Shown here: piece after piece, positions 50,301 to 64,000 of the stretch
Position numbering within the stretch: the first letter of the stretch is position 1
Layout: each line of letters starts with the position of its first letter
Origin: Mobula hypostoma
Lineage: Eukaryota
Assembly: GCF_963921235.1 (NCBI RefSeq)
Contig: NC_086109.1
Span: 20,400,001-20,464,000, forward strand
Direction: 5' to 3'
Length of the DNA: 64,000 nucleotides
The notes under the pieces: generated by a model
What the model saw: the letters and a program-made list of their open reading frames with translations, nothing else
Databases searched by the model: none
What the model was told of the DNA's origin: nothing
Position numbers and translations under genes: made by a program

Positions 50301-52548
50301 GCAAGGAAGAGATAAGGCTGAGAGGGTTGAGCAGCAACCTGATAGAATTACACAAAATGATGAGAGGCATGAACAGGATAGGTTGTTCCTGGATGGAATT
50401 GTCAAATACCAGACAGCATAGGTCTAAGATGAGAAGGGAGGAGATTTGCAAGGCACTGTTTTTTTACACAGAGAATGGTAATTGCCTGGAATGCATTGTA
50501 AGGGGTGACATAGTAGCAGAAGTGATTCCTTTGCTTAAGAGGCATTTAGACATATGAACCAGCAGAGCACAGAGGGATACAGACAGATGGGATTTGATCG
50601 ATTGGCGTTGTGATTGGCACAGATATAGTGGTGTAAAGATCATGTTCATGGGCTGTATTATTTAATGTTCCATGATAATATTCTCATACTGCATCGCCAC
50701 TGCTGGGAGCGGGGGGCGTTTTGGGAGTTAGGAATCAGAGCTTGTTAACTTTTACCTAATGATCCTCCATTAGAAAAAGGAGGCATGAGAGATGAAAGTA
50801 GAAATCAGTTAACAAGAGCTTAAGAACTTTAAGATGGTAAGTTTTCCCTGGTAACAGCAGAGATCAATGGGTGAAGACACATTAACCACCCCCACATCCT
50901 GAACTGCCTGTGTAATGGGCAGTTACTTCATTATCAACACCCTTTATTTGTCTGTTGAATATAAACATTTAACCAAGTGTTTTATCACAGTTTAGTTCTA
51001 CCTGAAACTAAAAATGTTTTAGCAGAAGGTAAACCTTCTGATAAGAAGGTTTAGCCCTGGTACAGGTGGGAGTTACGAGTGCCAGTGATTCTCCAGGTCA
51101 CCGGGGCTGGAGCCAAGAGGTCGAGGTCCAAATGTCAAACCCGTGGATAGTCCAGATGTTGGTGAGGTTCAAGGGCAAAACCAAAGGTCAAAGTCCAGAG
51201 CACGGAGAATCCAGATGTAGAAGCCTAAATGTTGAAGACCAAAGGAGTCACCGGGTCAGAAGACAATGTAGGTTTGGAAGTTGAAGCTCAAAGGTCAAAC
51301 TTGTGTTCGGAGAGCAAGGATCTGAGCCCGAAGGTCAAGCCAGTGATCGGTGAGTCTTTGGGGGAAGCCTGAGGTTGGAGGCCCAATATCTGTGAACAGG
51401 GCCAAGCACTGGAGGGCTGAAGCTGGCCTGTCGTGGGCTTGGAGACCTGCTTGTCTGTGAAAGGGACTTGCTTTCCTGTTGCTACCTTGTTTTGTTTTGT
51501 TGCTGTTGCTATGTATGCTGCTTGTACCAGAGTGTGTGGCGGCACTTGTGGGCTGGCCCCACACGCAGACAACACATTTCACTGTCTACTTTCATCTACT
51601 GTACATGTGATAAATGAATCTTAATCAGAAGATTAAATGACTAGATAAATAAAACTCTACATTGTAAATAAGAAGAATCTTTTCCAAATCAGGGAATTCA
51701 GAGGCTTCACTCGTCAGATATTTGACAGAAGGACCCGGGAAGGACTGAAGAGAATTTGATCTGGAATGCATGCCGAAAGTAAATTAGATTGTGCAGAAAG
51801 TTGCACAGGAGAACCGAAGAAATACATACAAAAAGACATTTTGTAGGGGAGAGTGTTCGAGATTATTTATTCCATTAGTAATATTTCTCTTTCTCTTGTC
51901 GGGAAAAGAACTATAGAACATGGAACAGTACAGCACAGAACAGGTCCTTCAGCCCACAATGGTGTGCTGAATCAGCTAAAAAGTAAATCAAAAACAACTT
52001 AGTACTAATCCCTCCTACCTACACCATGTCCATATCCCTCCATCTTCCTTATCTCTATGTGCTTATCTGTGTGCTCTACCACCATACAAGGAAGCGCATT
52101 CCAGGCACCCACCACTCTGAGTGAAAACTTACCCCTCATCCCTCTTGAACCTACCCCCTCTCACCTTCAATGCACACCCTCTGGTATTAGATATTTCAAC
52201 CCTGGGAAACAGATACTCCCTGTCTACTCTGTCTATGCCTCTCATAATCTCGTAAACCTCTATCAGATCTCCCCTTACCCTCTGATGATCCACAGAAAAC
52301 AACCCAAGTTTATCCAGACTCACATGCCCTCTAAAGCAGGTAAACCTCTTCTGCACTCTCTCTGAAGCCTCAACATCCTTCCTATAGTGGGGTGACCAAA
52401 AGTAATAATATTTCCAAGCTTCTGGAATCCACATGGTGGATCAAAGAACTTACTTCATGACAGCATGATTCCAAACAATTTACTTGAAACTGTATCTGTG
52501 ATAGTTTACTGTGTTGATGTGATCTAATTGAGCTGATCTCTCCCACAG

Positions 52549-52769
52549 GTACATTGGGGCTCTGGGAGCCCGTGTGATCTGTGACAACATCCCAGGTCTG
52601 GTGAACAAACAACGGCAACTGTGCCAGAAGCATCCGGATATCATGCAGTCAATAGGGGAAGGAGCCAAGGAGTGGATCCGGGAATGTCAGCACCAATTCC
52701 GGCACCACAGGTGGAACTGTAGCACCCTGGCCCGGGACCACACTGTATTTGGCAAAGTAATGTTACGTA
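52549..52769 (+). CDS. wnt2b: Wnt-2b coding exon 2 (221 bp)
   Basis: Acceptor ctctcccacAG at 52547-48. TG+G completes Trp, then [90 protein letters not shown] and DHTVFG fit Wnt2b rather than Wnt2. Donor A|GTAAGT at 52770. Confidence 0.96.
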
Positions 52770-53244
52770 GTAAGTTTTTTTTTAAAGAAACTTTCCTGGT
52801 TTAAAATGGTAAGCAAGTTAAACAGCAGAAGGATTCAATAGCTGAAGTGAGAAGGGGTGCACATGCCAATTTAGTGTGTTCCTTTATCCTATTTGATCTC
52901 ATACACACATTTACATAATGATGTCAATAAGAGATGATGAGTTCCAATTGTAAATTTCTACTAGAGTTTTAATAATTAGGGTAGCCTCTAACCCTTAGGA
53001 TTTTTGTGGAGCCTCAAAGATGCTGAACTATCTGCAAAAGAAAATTACGATGGCTTTATAAACTGAATGTGCTTATTTAATTTCTTTGAGCATGATATGA
53101 ATTGTATGTGGTGGATTAAAAGGCCATTTGTCTGTCAGTCAAGAAAAATGAAAGGATAAAAAAAATCCATTAACTTTCTAATGCCTAAGAAGCAGGAATT
53201 CTAGTGATGAAATCTTCAACCTTCATTGGAATCTATAAGATCTT

Positions 53245-53706
53245 AAGATATAGGAGCAGAAGTAGGTCATTCAGGCCATCGAGTCTGCTCCATCATTCAA
53301 TCATGGGCTGATCCAATTCTTCCAGTCATCCCCTCTCCCCTGCCTTCACCCCATACCCTTTGATGCCCCTTGCTAATCAAGAACCTATCTATCTCTGCCT
53401 TAAATATACCCAAAGTCTTGGCCTCCACAGCTGCTCGTGGCAACAAATTCCACAGATCTACCACCCTCAGACTAAAGTAATCTCTCCACATCTCAGTTCT
53501 AAATGGACGTCTTTCAATTTTGAAGTCTTGCCCTCTTGTCCTAGAATCCCCTACCATGGGAAATAACTTTGCCATATCTAATCTGTTCAGGCCTTTTAAC
53601 ATTCAGAATGTTTCTATGAGATCCCCCCTCATTCTCCTGAACTCCAGGGAATACAGCCCAAGAGCTGCCAGATGTTCCTCATACGGTAACCCTTTCATTC
53701 CTGGAA
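53245..53706 (-). mobile_element. CR1 3' fragment; further pieces ~25270-25700, 27840-28135, 29275-29550, 49080-50670, 51910-52400, 58650-59120, 63450-63900
   Basis: IPGMKGLPYEEHLAALGLYSLEFRRMRGDLIETF and CR1 3' UTR. Confidence 0.9.
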
Positions 53707-55540
53707 TCCCTAATACTAACAAGGATTCATGCTTCTCTGCATCAGAATTAGAATCCAGTTTAATATTACCAGCATATATTGTGAAATTTGTTGAAGTATC
53801 TTGCAATACATAGTAATAAAAACTGAATTATTGTAAGAAGTATATATGTTAAATTAAATAAGTTGCGCAAAAAAGTAGTGAGGTAGTGTTCATGAATTCA
53901 ATGTCCATTCAGAAATTGGACAGCAGAGGGGAAGAAGGTATTCCTGAATCATTAAATGTGTGCCTTCAGGGTCATGTACCTCATTCCTGATGGTAACAAT
54001 GAGAGGAGGGCATGTCCTGGGTGATGGGGGTCCTTAATGATGAACGCCGCCTTTTTGAGGTGTCCTGGATGCTGGAGAGGCGGGTGTCCATGGTGGAGCT
54101 GACTGAGTTCACAACTTTCTGCAGCTTGTTTCGATGGAGATGACTTGTAAATCTGTGGGAATTTGGAAGTCTTACACTTTTGTGCTTCAAGTAATTTGTC
54201 TTCTATGATAATATGATTAGATTGTGTGCATTCAAAGTTGAGGATCACATTAATTATATTATTATCATGAATGTTTTGGAGCATTAAGGAAGGAATCTCT
54301 TCTTTACCTTATGCTTTCTTACGATACTAAACAATCGTCTGAGTGTTCAGGTGGATGTAAAGCATTCCATGGTATTAATTTAGAAAGGACAGTGTTCATC
54401 TATTACCAAAACTAATTTTGCGATCATTCAGCTTGTTATTCTCTGGAACTGCCGAATGAATAACTGGAGGAAAAAATAAAAAAAATACTTTACAATGAGA
54501 TCATGTCTGCTAAATGTTTTGAGGCAAATTATAACAATATTAAAAATGTTGTTATGCATCAGAATAGCTAGTATTTAAATAGTAATATTAATGCTGATAA
54601 AGTTTACAATGTGCTTGTTATATTAGCAGAATCTGACAAACATGGCCATTGAACCAAAGGAATTGGCATGAGGATGGTTGAAAAGCTGTGCCAAAATAGT
54701 TGCTTGAGATGAAGTTATTTGCTGAGGTTTGACTGGATCTCTCTAAGGAGGAATTGATTGCAGTACTATGTCCACGTCAAATGCTTGGAGCTACCTATCA
54801 AAGACGAATTTCGGAGTAAAAGAGCATCAGAGAGAGACTATCAGGGTCATAGGCCCTAGGCACATGAAGGCATAACTGGTGGAACAAGGCAAAGGTCCTC
54901 AGGGGGCAGGATGTGGAGGGAAGGAAGTTCCTGGGAGGTTACAGATGCCAGAAGGGAGGTTTTGTAGAATGGATAGAAGTTACAGAGATATGGATCAAGA
55001 AGAAAGACCACTCTGGTTACCATAAAAAAAATGTCAGTGATGCTATGGGAAGAAGAAGCAGAACCAAGATCAGTCACTCTACTTTACATCTCAGCTTACA
55101 TCAAAGTGGGTGTCTAAGATTAAAGTTTCCCATGTCATGTGAAGGAAGAATTGATGGAACTCAAAACGTAATTCATTATTTTTGAACGCAATGGCATGTC
55201 CAGAGGAAGTGAAGGAAGGTACATAAATGTACAAAGTAAAATTATTCAGATCTTTTGATATGAATTTGTCCTGTAACCAAGGGGCTGGATCCAGTGCCAA
55301 CCCCAGAGACTGTACCCAACTGCGGGCTGTTCGTTCTGCACACTGCCACAGACCTTCTGCAGTTACAGGCACATTGCACAGATCCTTGGCTAGAATTGCT
55401 GTCTGTGCATTTTAAGTGCGGCAGCAAGAGCCAGCGTTCTGCAGTATGTCAGCTTTCCTGTCGAACTGCTGGGCCTTTAGTACTCGCCATCAAGCCAATT
55501 CCTGGAAAACTACTTCTGGAAAGATAACATCATGAATTAG

Positions 55541-55562
55541 AACACACACACACACACACACA
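55541..55562. repeat. (CA)n microsatellite
   Basis: Directly visible. Confidence 0.95.
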
Positions 55563-58500
55563 TTATCAAAATATACAACTCTGAAACTTTTCTTCTCTAG
55601 ATAGCTGCGAAACCAAGAAAGAAAAGAATAAAAGAATGGGAGCATGATCATCTACCCCCAAACACCCCTCCCCGCACAAAGACATGAACAAAAATGGAAC
55701 AGGCACATCGACTCCCAAATCCCCCTCCCTGCACATGAAAAAGTGCACACATACTAAATAAATGTTTGTGAAATTTGGTGGAAGTTTCTGATTCATGACT
55801 GAGTTAGCAGAGCAAAAATCTCCACTTTGTCAAATGATCAGTGGGGAAGTATTAAAACGTTATTTTCAAAGGAAATTTCTTTATCTGGAGAATGATGGAG
55901 CAAGGGGACTAAAGAAATAGAGCTAAACTAAGTATTTGAGAAATTAATGTCAGTGTGTTTAATAGGAAGCTAGATAACAAAAAGGAAGAGAATAGATGAA
56001 AACTTATTTTGACTGTCACACACACAAACTGCTGAAGGAACTCAGCAGGTCAGGCAGCATCTATGGAGAGGAATAAACAGTCAACATTTCAGGCTGAGAC
56101 CCTTCATCAGGCCCAGTGAGTGGGTTTATGAAATCTTGCTAAGCGCAAATCAACCTTTGTATTTGCTATGTTATAGTAGTGACTTCACCCAAGTAGTTCT
56201 TTATAAGTGTAAAAGACTTGAGTACAATGTCATGAACAGCACTATATAAATGAAAATCTTTGTTGTTTAGACCTTAAGGGGATCATGTTGTTTTCCAGAG
56301 GAAAGTCCAGAGACACAAAAATTTTGGTTCCATGTATGGGTAAGTCCAGTGGAAAAAAACACCAAGAATGCTTCGTCAGTACTGTTTTGATCAACAACTG
56401 CAGTTTCATCACTGAGTAAACAGATCTGAACAGGGCAAGAGAGAGAATACATGCTTTACAAGCGCTCAGGCAGAGGACTCATCTCCTAAAGTCACTGGTT
56501 GGAGCATGCCTTTGTGTCGAGATGTGTAAACAGTAATAAGAGATGTAAATATTTCCAGAGGCAAACTGGTGAAAAGTCAAACAGAGATAATTCAAGCAGT
56601 AACTGGCTGAAGTGATTTGCATAGGACCCAGTCAGAAACCACGAAGGTAAAGGCTTTAATGCTACCCCAGTGTTAGTCCTCACTTTATATTTCTTTAAGA
56701 GTTGCTATGGCCAAGCACAGTGACATCTAAACTAGGCAAAATGGGAGTTTCAGATTAAGCAAATCGAGATGTTCAAAATGATAAAGGGAGTCGATAGTAT
56801 AGATGATTTCCTCTCTGAGTGAAACTCACTTGAGGGACATCGGAAATGCATTTCCCAGGATTGAAATCACCAAGCACTTTCTTCACCGAATGAAGTTTGG
56901 GAACCTGCAGCTTTCTCCTTCAGATGGCTGTGCATGTTGGAGTCGGTCAGAATTTTCAAGCCTGGCATTTTTGCTTTGGTGGATATCTAAAGATATGAAT
57001 CACAGTCAGGTTTAATATCACTAACATACGACATGAAATTTGTTTTGAAGCAGCAGTACAGTGCAATACATAAAAAAATACTATGAAACATTAACAAATA
57101 GATAACATTTTTAATTGATAGGTAATGCAAAAAGAGAGCAAAAATAGTGAGGTAGTGTTCATGGGTTGGTTCATTGTCCATTCAGACATCTGGTGGTGGA
57201 GAGGAACAAGCTGTTCCTATAACGTTGACAGTGTACCTTCAAACTCCTATCCCTCCTCTCTGATTCAATTCAAGAATGTTTAGAGCGTGTACAAAAGTTG
57301 ACTCGGACAGGAAATGATAAGGTAGTGGTGGTGGGGTGGTTAGTGGGTGGAGGTGTAGATCAGCTTTAGTGCTTGGAGAAAGTAACTGTTTTTGAGTCTG
57401 GTGGCCCTGGTATGGATGCTATGTAGCCTCCTCCCTGATGGGAGTGGGACAAACAGTCCATGAGCAGGGAAGGTGGGATCCTTCATTACATTGCTGGCTT
57501 ACTTCTGCTACCTTTCTGTACTAATGTCAGTGATTGGGGAGGGAGGTGGTAAGGTGGTGCTGGTGATGCATAGGGCAGCTCTGACTATCTGCTGTAGAGC
57601 CTTCCTGTCCGTCGCAGTGCTGTTTCCATACCATGCTGTAATACAGTATGTTAGGATACTCGCTACTGCGCAGACATCAGTATGAAAGTGCATAGTCTAG
57701 CTCTCTTCAGCCTCCTCAGAAAGCAGAGGTGCTGGTGAGCTTTCTTGATTGTGTAGGATGTGTTCCGGGACCATGAGAGGTTGTACGAGATGTGCACTCC
57801 CAGGAGTTTGAAACCAATGTAAAGAAGGGTGTGAGTGCTGAGAGTTCTCCTGAAGTTGATAACCATCTATCTTGTTAACATTGAGGAAGAGGTTTTTTGC
57901 CTGGTACCAGGCTTCAAGCTCTTCCAAGTCCTCTCTGTAGGCCGTCTCATCATTGTTGGCGATGGTAGGAAGAAAAAGTAGTTTAAAATTCAGGTTCTTG
58001 TGTTCAATCTATCCAAAGCCCCATCTGTCCCTCTCTGTAACATCCTCTTGCCTTGAAAATTTCCAAGTGCTCTTTTATTTCCTCCAATTCTCTCTCCTGT
58101 CATTGAACAGTACAGCTCAACACAGGCCATTTGGCCCACAATGTTGTGTTGAACTAATTAAACCAATGACTTCTAATCAGTCTAATCCCTCGTCCCCACA
58201 CATTGGTGATATACCTCCCTACTCCGCATATTCATGAACTTTTCCTTCAATTCACTCTCCCTGCAGTAGGGTCTTCCCTATGGTTGCCAGGCCTCTAATT
58301 TCTGAATTTCCTCACTAAATTATCTATCTCTGTTCCTTAGAAAACAGCTTAAATTCTTTTTCCAAAAATATACTTGGTTCATAACACATGCAGTAAGTGC
58401 AATTGGGATATGTTTTTCTCTACATTCATTGTACCATTAATTCAATCCATTCATTAGTACCATTCACGTGTCCTCTCCTGAAGGGTTTGCCCACTCCTTC

Positions 58501-60763
58501 TGTGTTTGTTGGTGGTGGGGTTCTAGACAATGAAAAAGTGCCCTTAGGAAATGCCTTATTAATCACTCCAACCCATTTTTGGCTAAGAAATCACAAGCAC
58601 CAACATTGACTGCAAGTTATATGTCTCAACCTACATACCGTTATAGAGCCATAGAGCACCACAGCACAGAAACAGGCCTTTAAGTATACCTAGTCTGTGC
58701 CAGATTGTTATTCTACCTCGTCCCATTGACCCGCACCTGGACCAAACCCCTTCAGGCCCCTCCTATCCATGTACCTAGCAAAAATACTTTTAAATTTTGC
58801 AATCAAACGTACAGTACATCCACCATTTCCTCTGGCAGCTGGTTCCACATTTGCACCACCCACTAAGTGAAGACATTTCCCCTTCAGGTTCCCCTTAAAT
58901 ATTTCACCTTTCATTCAGTACCTATGACCTCTAGTTTTAGTCTCACCCAACATCAGTGGAAAAAGCCTTCTTGTACTTACCCTATCTATATCCTTCATAA
59001 TTTTGTATAGTACCTCAATAGAAGATCTTCCCTCATTCTCCTACGTTCCAGGGAATAAAGACCAAACCTATTTAACCTCTCCCTATAATTCAGGTCCACA
59101 AGAACTGTCAACATCTTGCAAATTTTCTCTTTTTCAATTTTACTTTTTCAATCTTATTTTTCAATCCAACCGCTGCCTGAAAGCAGTTTGTACGTTCTCC
59201 CCGTGACTGCATGGGTTTCCTCCGGGTGCTCCAGTTTCCTCCCACAGTCCAAAGACGTACTAGTTGGTAGGTTAATTGGTCATTGTAAATTGTCCCATGA
59301 TTTGGCGCGGATTAAATCGGGGGATTGCTGGGCAGTGTGGCTCGAAGGGCCAGAAGGGGCTATTTCCAATAAATAATTAAATAAATGTCTTTCTGTAGGT
59401 AGGTGACCAGAACTACACACATCTGCATTCCAATATGTTATTACCTGAGAGAAATCTACCCACATATTTAAATGAAGCATATTTAATTCCACAGACCGAC
59501 CATGTTCCCACTCAACGACTGTCTCTGTGGAATAACTTTTGAGTTTACTCTCCTTGATTGGTCAATGATAACAGATGCTGAGAATAAGTGACAAATTCTG
59601 GGTGAGAGAAACCTGTGGCTTCATAATGAAGGTTCCTTGCAAACAAAAAGTCTTTTGTCATTTAACTGTCGACAGCATCTCTACTTTCTTAGAGGTTTGC
59701 TTAGGTTTGCCACGTCACCAAAAACTTTGATGAACTTCTATAAGTGCACAGTAGAGAGTATCCTAACTGGTTGTATCATGGGTTGGTATGGAAACATCAG
59801 TGCCCCGGAATAGAGACAAAAAGTAGTGAATACAGCCCAGTCTGTCACAGGAAACACCCTTCTCACCACTGAGCACATTTACATGGAGCACCGCAAGCAT
59901 CATCCATCATCATTTACATAGCAAGCATCATCCATCATCAAGGACCCCTACCAACCAGGCCATGCTGTCTTCTCACTACCACCATCAGGCAGGAGGTACA
60001 GGAGCCTTAGATCCCACAACACCAAGTTCAGGAACAGTTATTACCCTACAACCATCAGGCTCCTGAATCACTGTAGGCAACCTCACTCACCACAACACTA
60101 AACCGATTCCACAACCTACAGACTTACTTTCAAGGATTCTACAACTTGTGTTCTTATTTTTTTTAATTACAGGTATTTGCAAAATTTGTCTTTTGCACGT
60201 TGGTTGTTTGTCAGACTTAGTGCATTTATAGTTTTTCATAAATTCTATTGTATTTTTTTATTTTCCTATAAATGCCTGTAAGAAAATGAATCTCAGGGTA
60301 GTATATAGTGACATAGTTTGATAACAAATTTATTTCTACATTAACTATGTTGGCACACAAAAGTGTAGAACAGCAAACTAAGTGAGGTATCAACAGGAGT
60401 CTGATAATACATTCAGAGGAAAAATGTTCAAAGTTCAAAGGAAGTTTATTACCAAAGTACATGTATGTTACCACATACAACCCTGAGATTGATTTTCTTG
60501 CAGACATTCACAGTAGAACAAAGAAATACAATAGAATCAATGAAAAGTTACACACAAACATAAACAAACGATCAATATGCAAAAGACAAACTGTGCAAAT
60601 ACAAAAAAAGACATATATAGATCATAACTCTAACTCTAATTTTGGCGACATGAGTCGTAGAGACCTTGAAAGTGAGTCTGTAGTTTGTGAGGAGAAGGAA
60701 GTTATCCATGCTGGTTCAGGAGCCTAATGGTTGGAGGGTAGTAACTGTTCTTAAACCTGATGG

Positions 60764-60963
60764 TAAACACAAAATAATCTACAGATGCTGGGGTCAAAGC
60801 AACACTCACAACACGCTGGAGGAACTCAGCACGTCGGGCAGCATTCGTGGAAACTATCAGTCAACAGGTCCTGATGAAGGGTTCCAGCCCGAAACGTTGA
60901 CTGATCGTTTCCACGGATGCTGCCCGACCTGCTGAGTTCCTCCAGTGTGTTGTGAGTGTTGCC
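60764..60963 (+). mobile_element. Penelope-derived fold-back mini-insertion containing a hammerhead core
   Basis: 67-bp inverted arms 60799-60865 / 60896-60962. Imperfect TSD TAAA(C/G)CTGATGG (60752-60763, 60964-60975). Inserted in a Rex1 fragment. Confidence 0.8.
60867..60902 (+). ncRNA. Minimal hammerhead ribozyme motif
   Basis: GGTC-CTGATGA-A-GGG(ttccag)CCC-GAAA-CG-TT^-GACT. Confidence 0.7.
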
Positions 60964-63900
60964 TAAAGCTGATGGAGTGGGACCCAAAGCTCCGGTACCT
61001 CCTTCCCAATGGCAGTAGTGAGAAAAGAGCATGGCCTGGATGGTAGGTGCCCTTAATAATGGATGCTGCTTTCTTACAGCAGCACTCCTTGTAGGTGTGC
61101 TCCGCGTCTTCAAAAGAAAACTCCCGAAGAATACAAACATAAAATGAAATTACACAGAAGGCCTGTTGTTTCCTGGATGATGCAAAATAAGTTACTATTT
61201 CATGGAAAGGCTTTTACATTAGGAATGCAAGGTAATAAGAGAAAGGGGAAAGGGAAGATGTTAAAAAGGCAGTTTTTGCTGGTTCTGTAACTAACACCTG
61301 GAAACAAACATGTAGCAGCTACAGTACAGGATAGAAGCTGCAACCGAGAAGGTGATTCACTCCCCGAGCATTAACTCCTTTCGTCACTGATGCATCTTGG
61401 ATGCAGTGGGCACCATCTATAAGATATACTGCAGCAACCTCCCAGAACTTATCACTCAGCAACAACACAGGAGGACTTTACCCAGGTCCACACTCAGGTC
61501 ACCACATCATAGGCACAAGAGATCCTGCAGATGCTGGAAATCCAGGGCAACACACAAAAAGCTGCAGGAACACAGCAGGCCAGGCCACATCTAGAGAGGA
61601 AGAAACGGTCGATATATTGGGCCAAGGCCCTTCGTCAGGACTACCACATCACCCTGACATGGGAATATTTTATTCCCCCTTCATTGCCCTTAGGACTAAA
61701 TCCTGGAACTCCTGACTGACTGTGGGAATATCCTCTCCAGATGAGGTTCAATGGTTCAGCAAGGTGGCTCACGGCTACTTTCACAAATGCGATTAAGGAT
61801 GGACAATAAATATCAGCCTTTTCCAGCGATCCTGCACATAAAGGGAGCGAATAAGGCATAAAAGACGGTGAGAGTGGAACTGGGTGAAATTATAGTGTTA
61901 GCACGGTGCAGCAAAGCCCAGAATGCGATGTGGAATCGGGGCGTGACATAACATGCCTCGCAGTGAATGAGGCACTGCCACAGATTTACTGCTGTTTACG
62001 CTTCTATGTTAACAGTTAGATGCCTTCAATAAATTATGTAAGTGCAGCTTGACACCCTTCATGAGAAAATAAATGGTGAAGCTCTGTGTGTGGGAAAAAT
62101 GGAAAGAAATTAAATGTCTCTAATGCCCCAGTTTAAGTGCTGGTTAAAACAAATGCTATTAAACATTTCAGTTTATAGATGCCCTTGTAATTCCAGTGTT
62201 AAATATTAAATTGCACCTTAGTGTTTCTATGCTGAAAGATCTTGAACCTATGCCTGTGTTTAAAGCAAACAGTGGAGTCAGGATTATAGAATAAATAATC
62301 CAGATTAGCATTCAAATCCAGCCACGGAAACTGTGGAACTGAACTTCAATTAATAACTTAAAGATTAGTTTTATTATACAATGAAACATCAAAACTTACT
62401 GTTTCATGGGTCATTTGCAGCAACAACCAACGCAGTCTGAGGACGTGCCGGAGGGAGACCGCAAGTGTCGCCATGTTTCCGATGTCAGTGTAGCACGCCC
62501 ACAACTTACTAACCCTAACCTGTATGCCTTTGGAATGTGGGAGGAAACCAGAGCACCCGGAGGAAACCACACGTGCATGGGGTAAACGTACAAGCTCTTT
62601 ACAGACAGCAGGGAGGAATTGAACCTGGGTCACTGGCGTTACCATAGTGTTACTAACTGCTTTCCTACAGTGCCGCCCATGGTACTTAAGAAGTAGTTTT
62701 CTTCAAGGTTAATCATATGAAAAATGTTTTTTAAAAAAACACAATTAATTCATTAATGTTTTTCCTAAGAGGGAACCTGCTCTCCTTACCTGGTCTATTC
62801 CATGACTTCAAACGGATCAATGTAGTTAATTCTGCGATGGCTGGCAAGATCAAGATCAGGGCGGGATAGGCAATGGACATTGGCCTTGTCAGTAAAGACT
62901 CAAATCCTGAAATGCAAATAAATAATAATGAGTTACGTTACAGGTTTCTTTATCACTCTGATCGGGAATAATTGGTCAATTCCTTTGATGCTCAGTTTTC
63001 TGGCTTCTGATTGTGGTCAATATTTTTGCGGTTTTGAAAACACTGTTGAAATTATTGCAGGTCAAGTTTAAATAGATAGAAGAAACCGTATCCCTTCTTC
63101 TGGTGTCAGCCACCTCTTTTTTTAGGCCTAATGACTTTGTCCTCCAGCCCTGTGAAAAGGAGACAGTATGATTGTGGTTAATGAGAACAAGAAAACTGCT
63201 TCACGGTGCCCATAACCTTGCAGAGTAATCCATCTATCCCTGTGAAAGTTTCACTTCCCTCCCTGTCAGAGACTCTTTGGCAGCGCCTCTCAAATCCCTG
63301 ACCTCTACCACAAAGAAGTGCAAGTGCAGCAGGTGCAAGGAAATATCATCACATCTAAAATAAAAACAGAGAATACCGCAGATACTCAACAGGGCAGACG
63401 GCACCCGTGGAAAAGGAAACTGTTAACGCTACAGGTTGATGACCTTTAAGACCATAATAAGACTGAGGAGTAGAATTAGGCCATTCAGCCCATCAGGTCT
63501 GCTCTGCCATTTCACATGGCTGATCTATTACCCCTCTCAACTCCATTCCGCCTTCTCCCCATAACTTTTGACTTCCTGATTACTTAAGAATCTATCAACC
63601 TCCGCCTTAAATATCCCCAATGACTTGGCCTGCCCAGCTGTATGTGGCAAATAATTGATTCACCACTGATTCACCACGCTCTGGCTAAAGAAATTTTTCC
63701 TCATCTTTGTTGTAAATGGACATTCTTCAACTCTGAGGCTGTGCCCTCTGGTCCTAGACTCGCCACCATAGGAAACATTCTCTCCACATCCTCTCTATCC
63801 AGACCTTTCAATATTCGATAGGTTTCAATGAAAAGAAGCAGTCCCGACACCGACCCATGTGGCAATACACGAGTCACCAGAAGCAAACCAGAAAAGGTCC

Positions 63901-64000
63901 CATTTCAATCATCTCCTGTCCTCTGAGCCACTGAATATTTTGACATTGAGAAAGTGTCCCAGAACTCCCTACCTAAGAGCACTGTGAATCATCTCACAAG

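Noticed and set aside
52549..52769. Assignment as wnt2 rather than wnt2b
   Set aside because: [23 protein letters not shown] and the long N-terminus fit Wnt2b.
52770..64000. wnt2b exon 3
   Set aside because: No SSREAAFVYAISSAG-like coding sequence found by eye or in the ORF track; it probably lies beyond the window.

Overview
Repeat-rich vertebrate genomic DNA. The repeat mix (CR1, Rex1/Babar, Penelope, V-SINE-like, RTE) suggests a cartilaginous fish, probably a ray; this is an inference. The only clear host gene is the 5' part of wnt2b on the + strand. Coding exon 1 is 41671-41858, intron 1 is 10,690 bp, and exon 2 is 52549-52769. Exon 3 was not found, so intron 2 exceeds 11 kb. Most other ORFs are transposon debris or microsatellite read-throughs. 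Four observations stand out. (1) A complete, TSD-bounded I/Nimb-type LINE derivative has ORF2 replaced by a degraded coiled-coil coding segment; it sits inside a solo LTR, which sits inside a CR1. (2) Penelope-like fold-back insertions carry minimal hammerhead-ribozyme cores, one on the sense strand of wnt2b intron 2. (3) A CpG-rich candidate alternative exon 23 kb upstream would splice in frame to wnt2b exon 2. (4) Two uORFs and a ~580-bp (TG)n tract lie just upstream of the wnt2b start. Repeat families were assigned by eye from remembered motifs, with no database search. Boundaries of old repeats are approximate.
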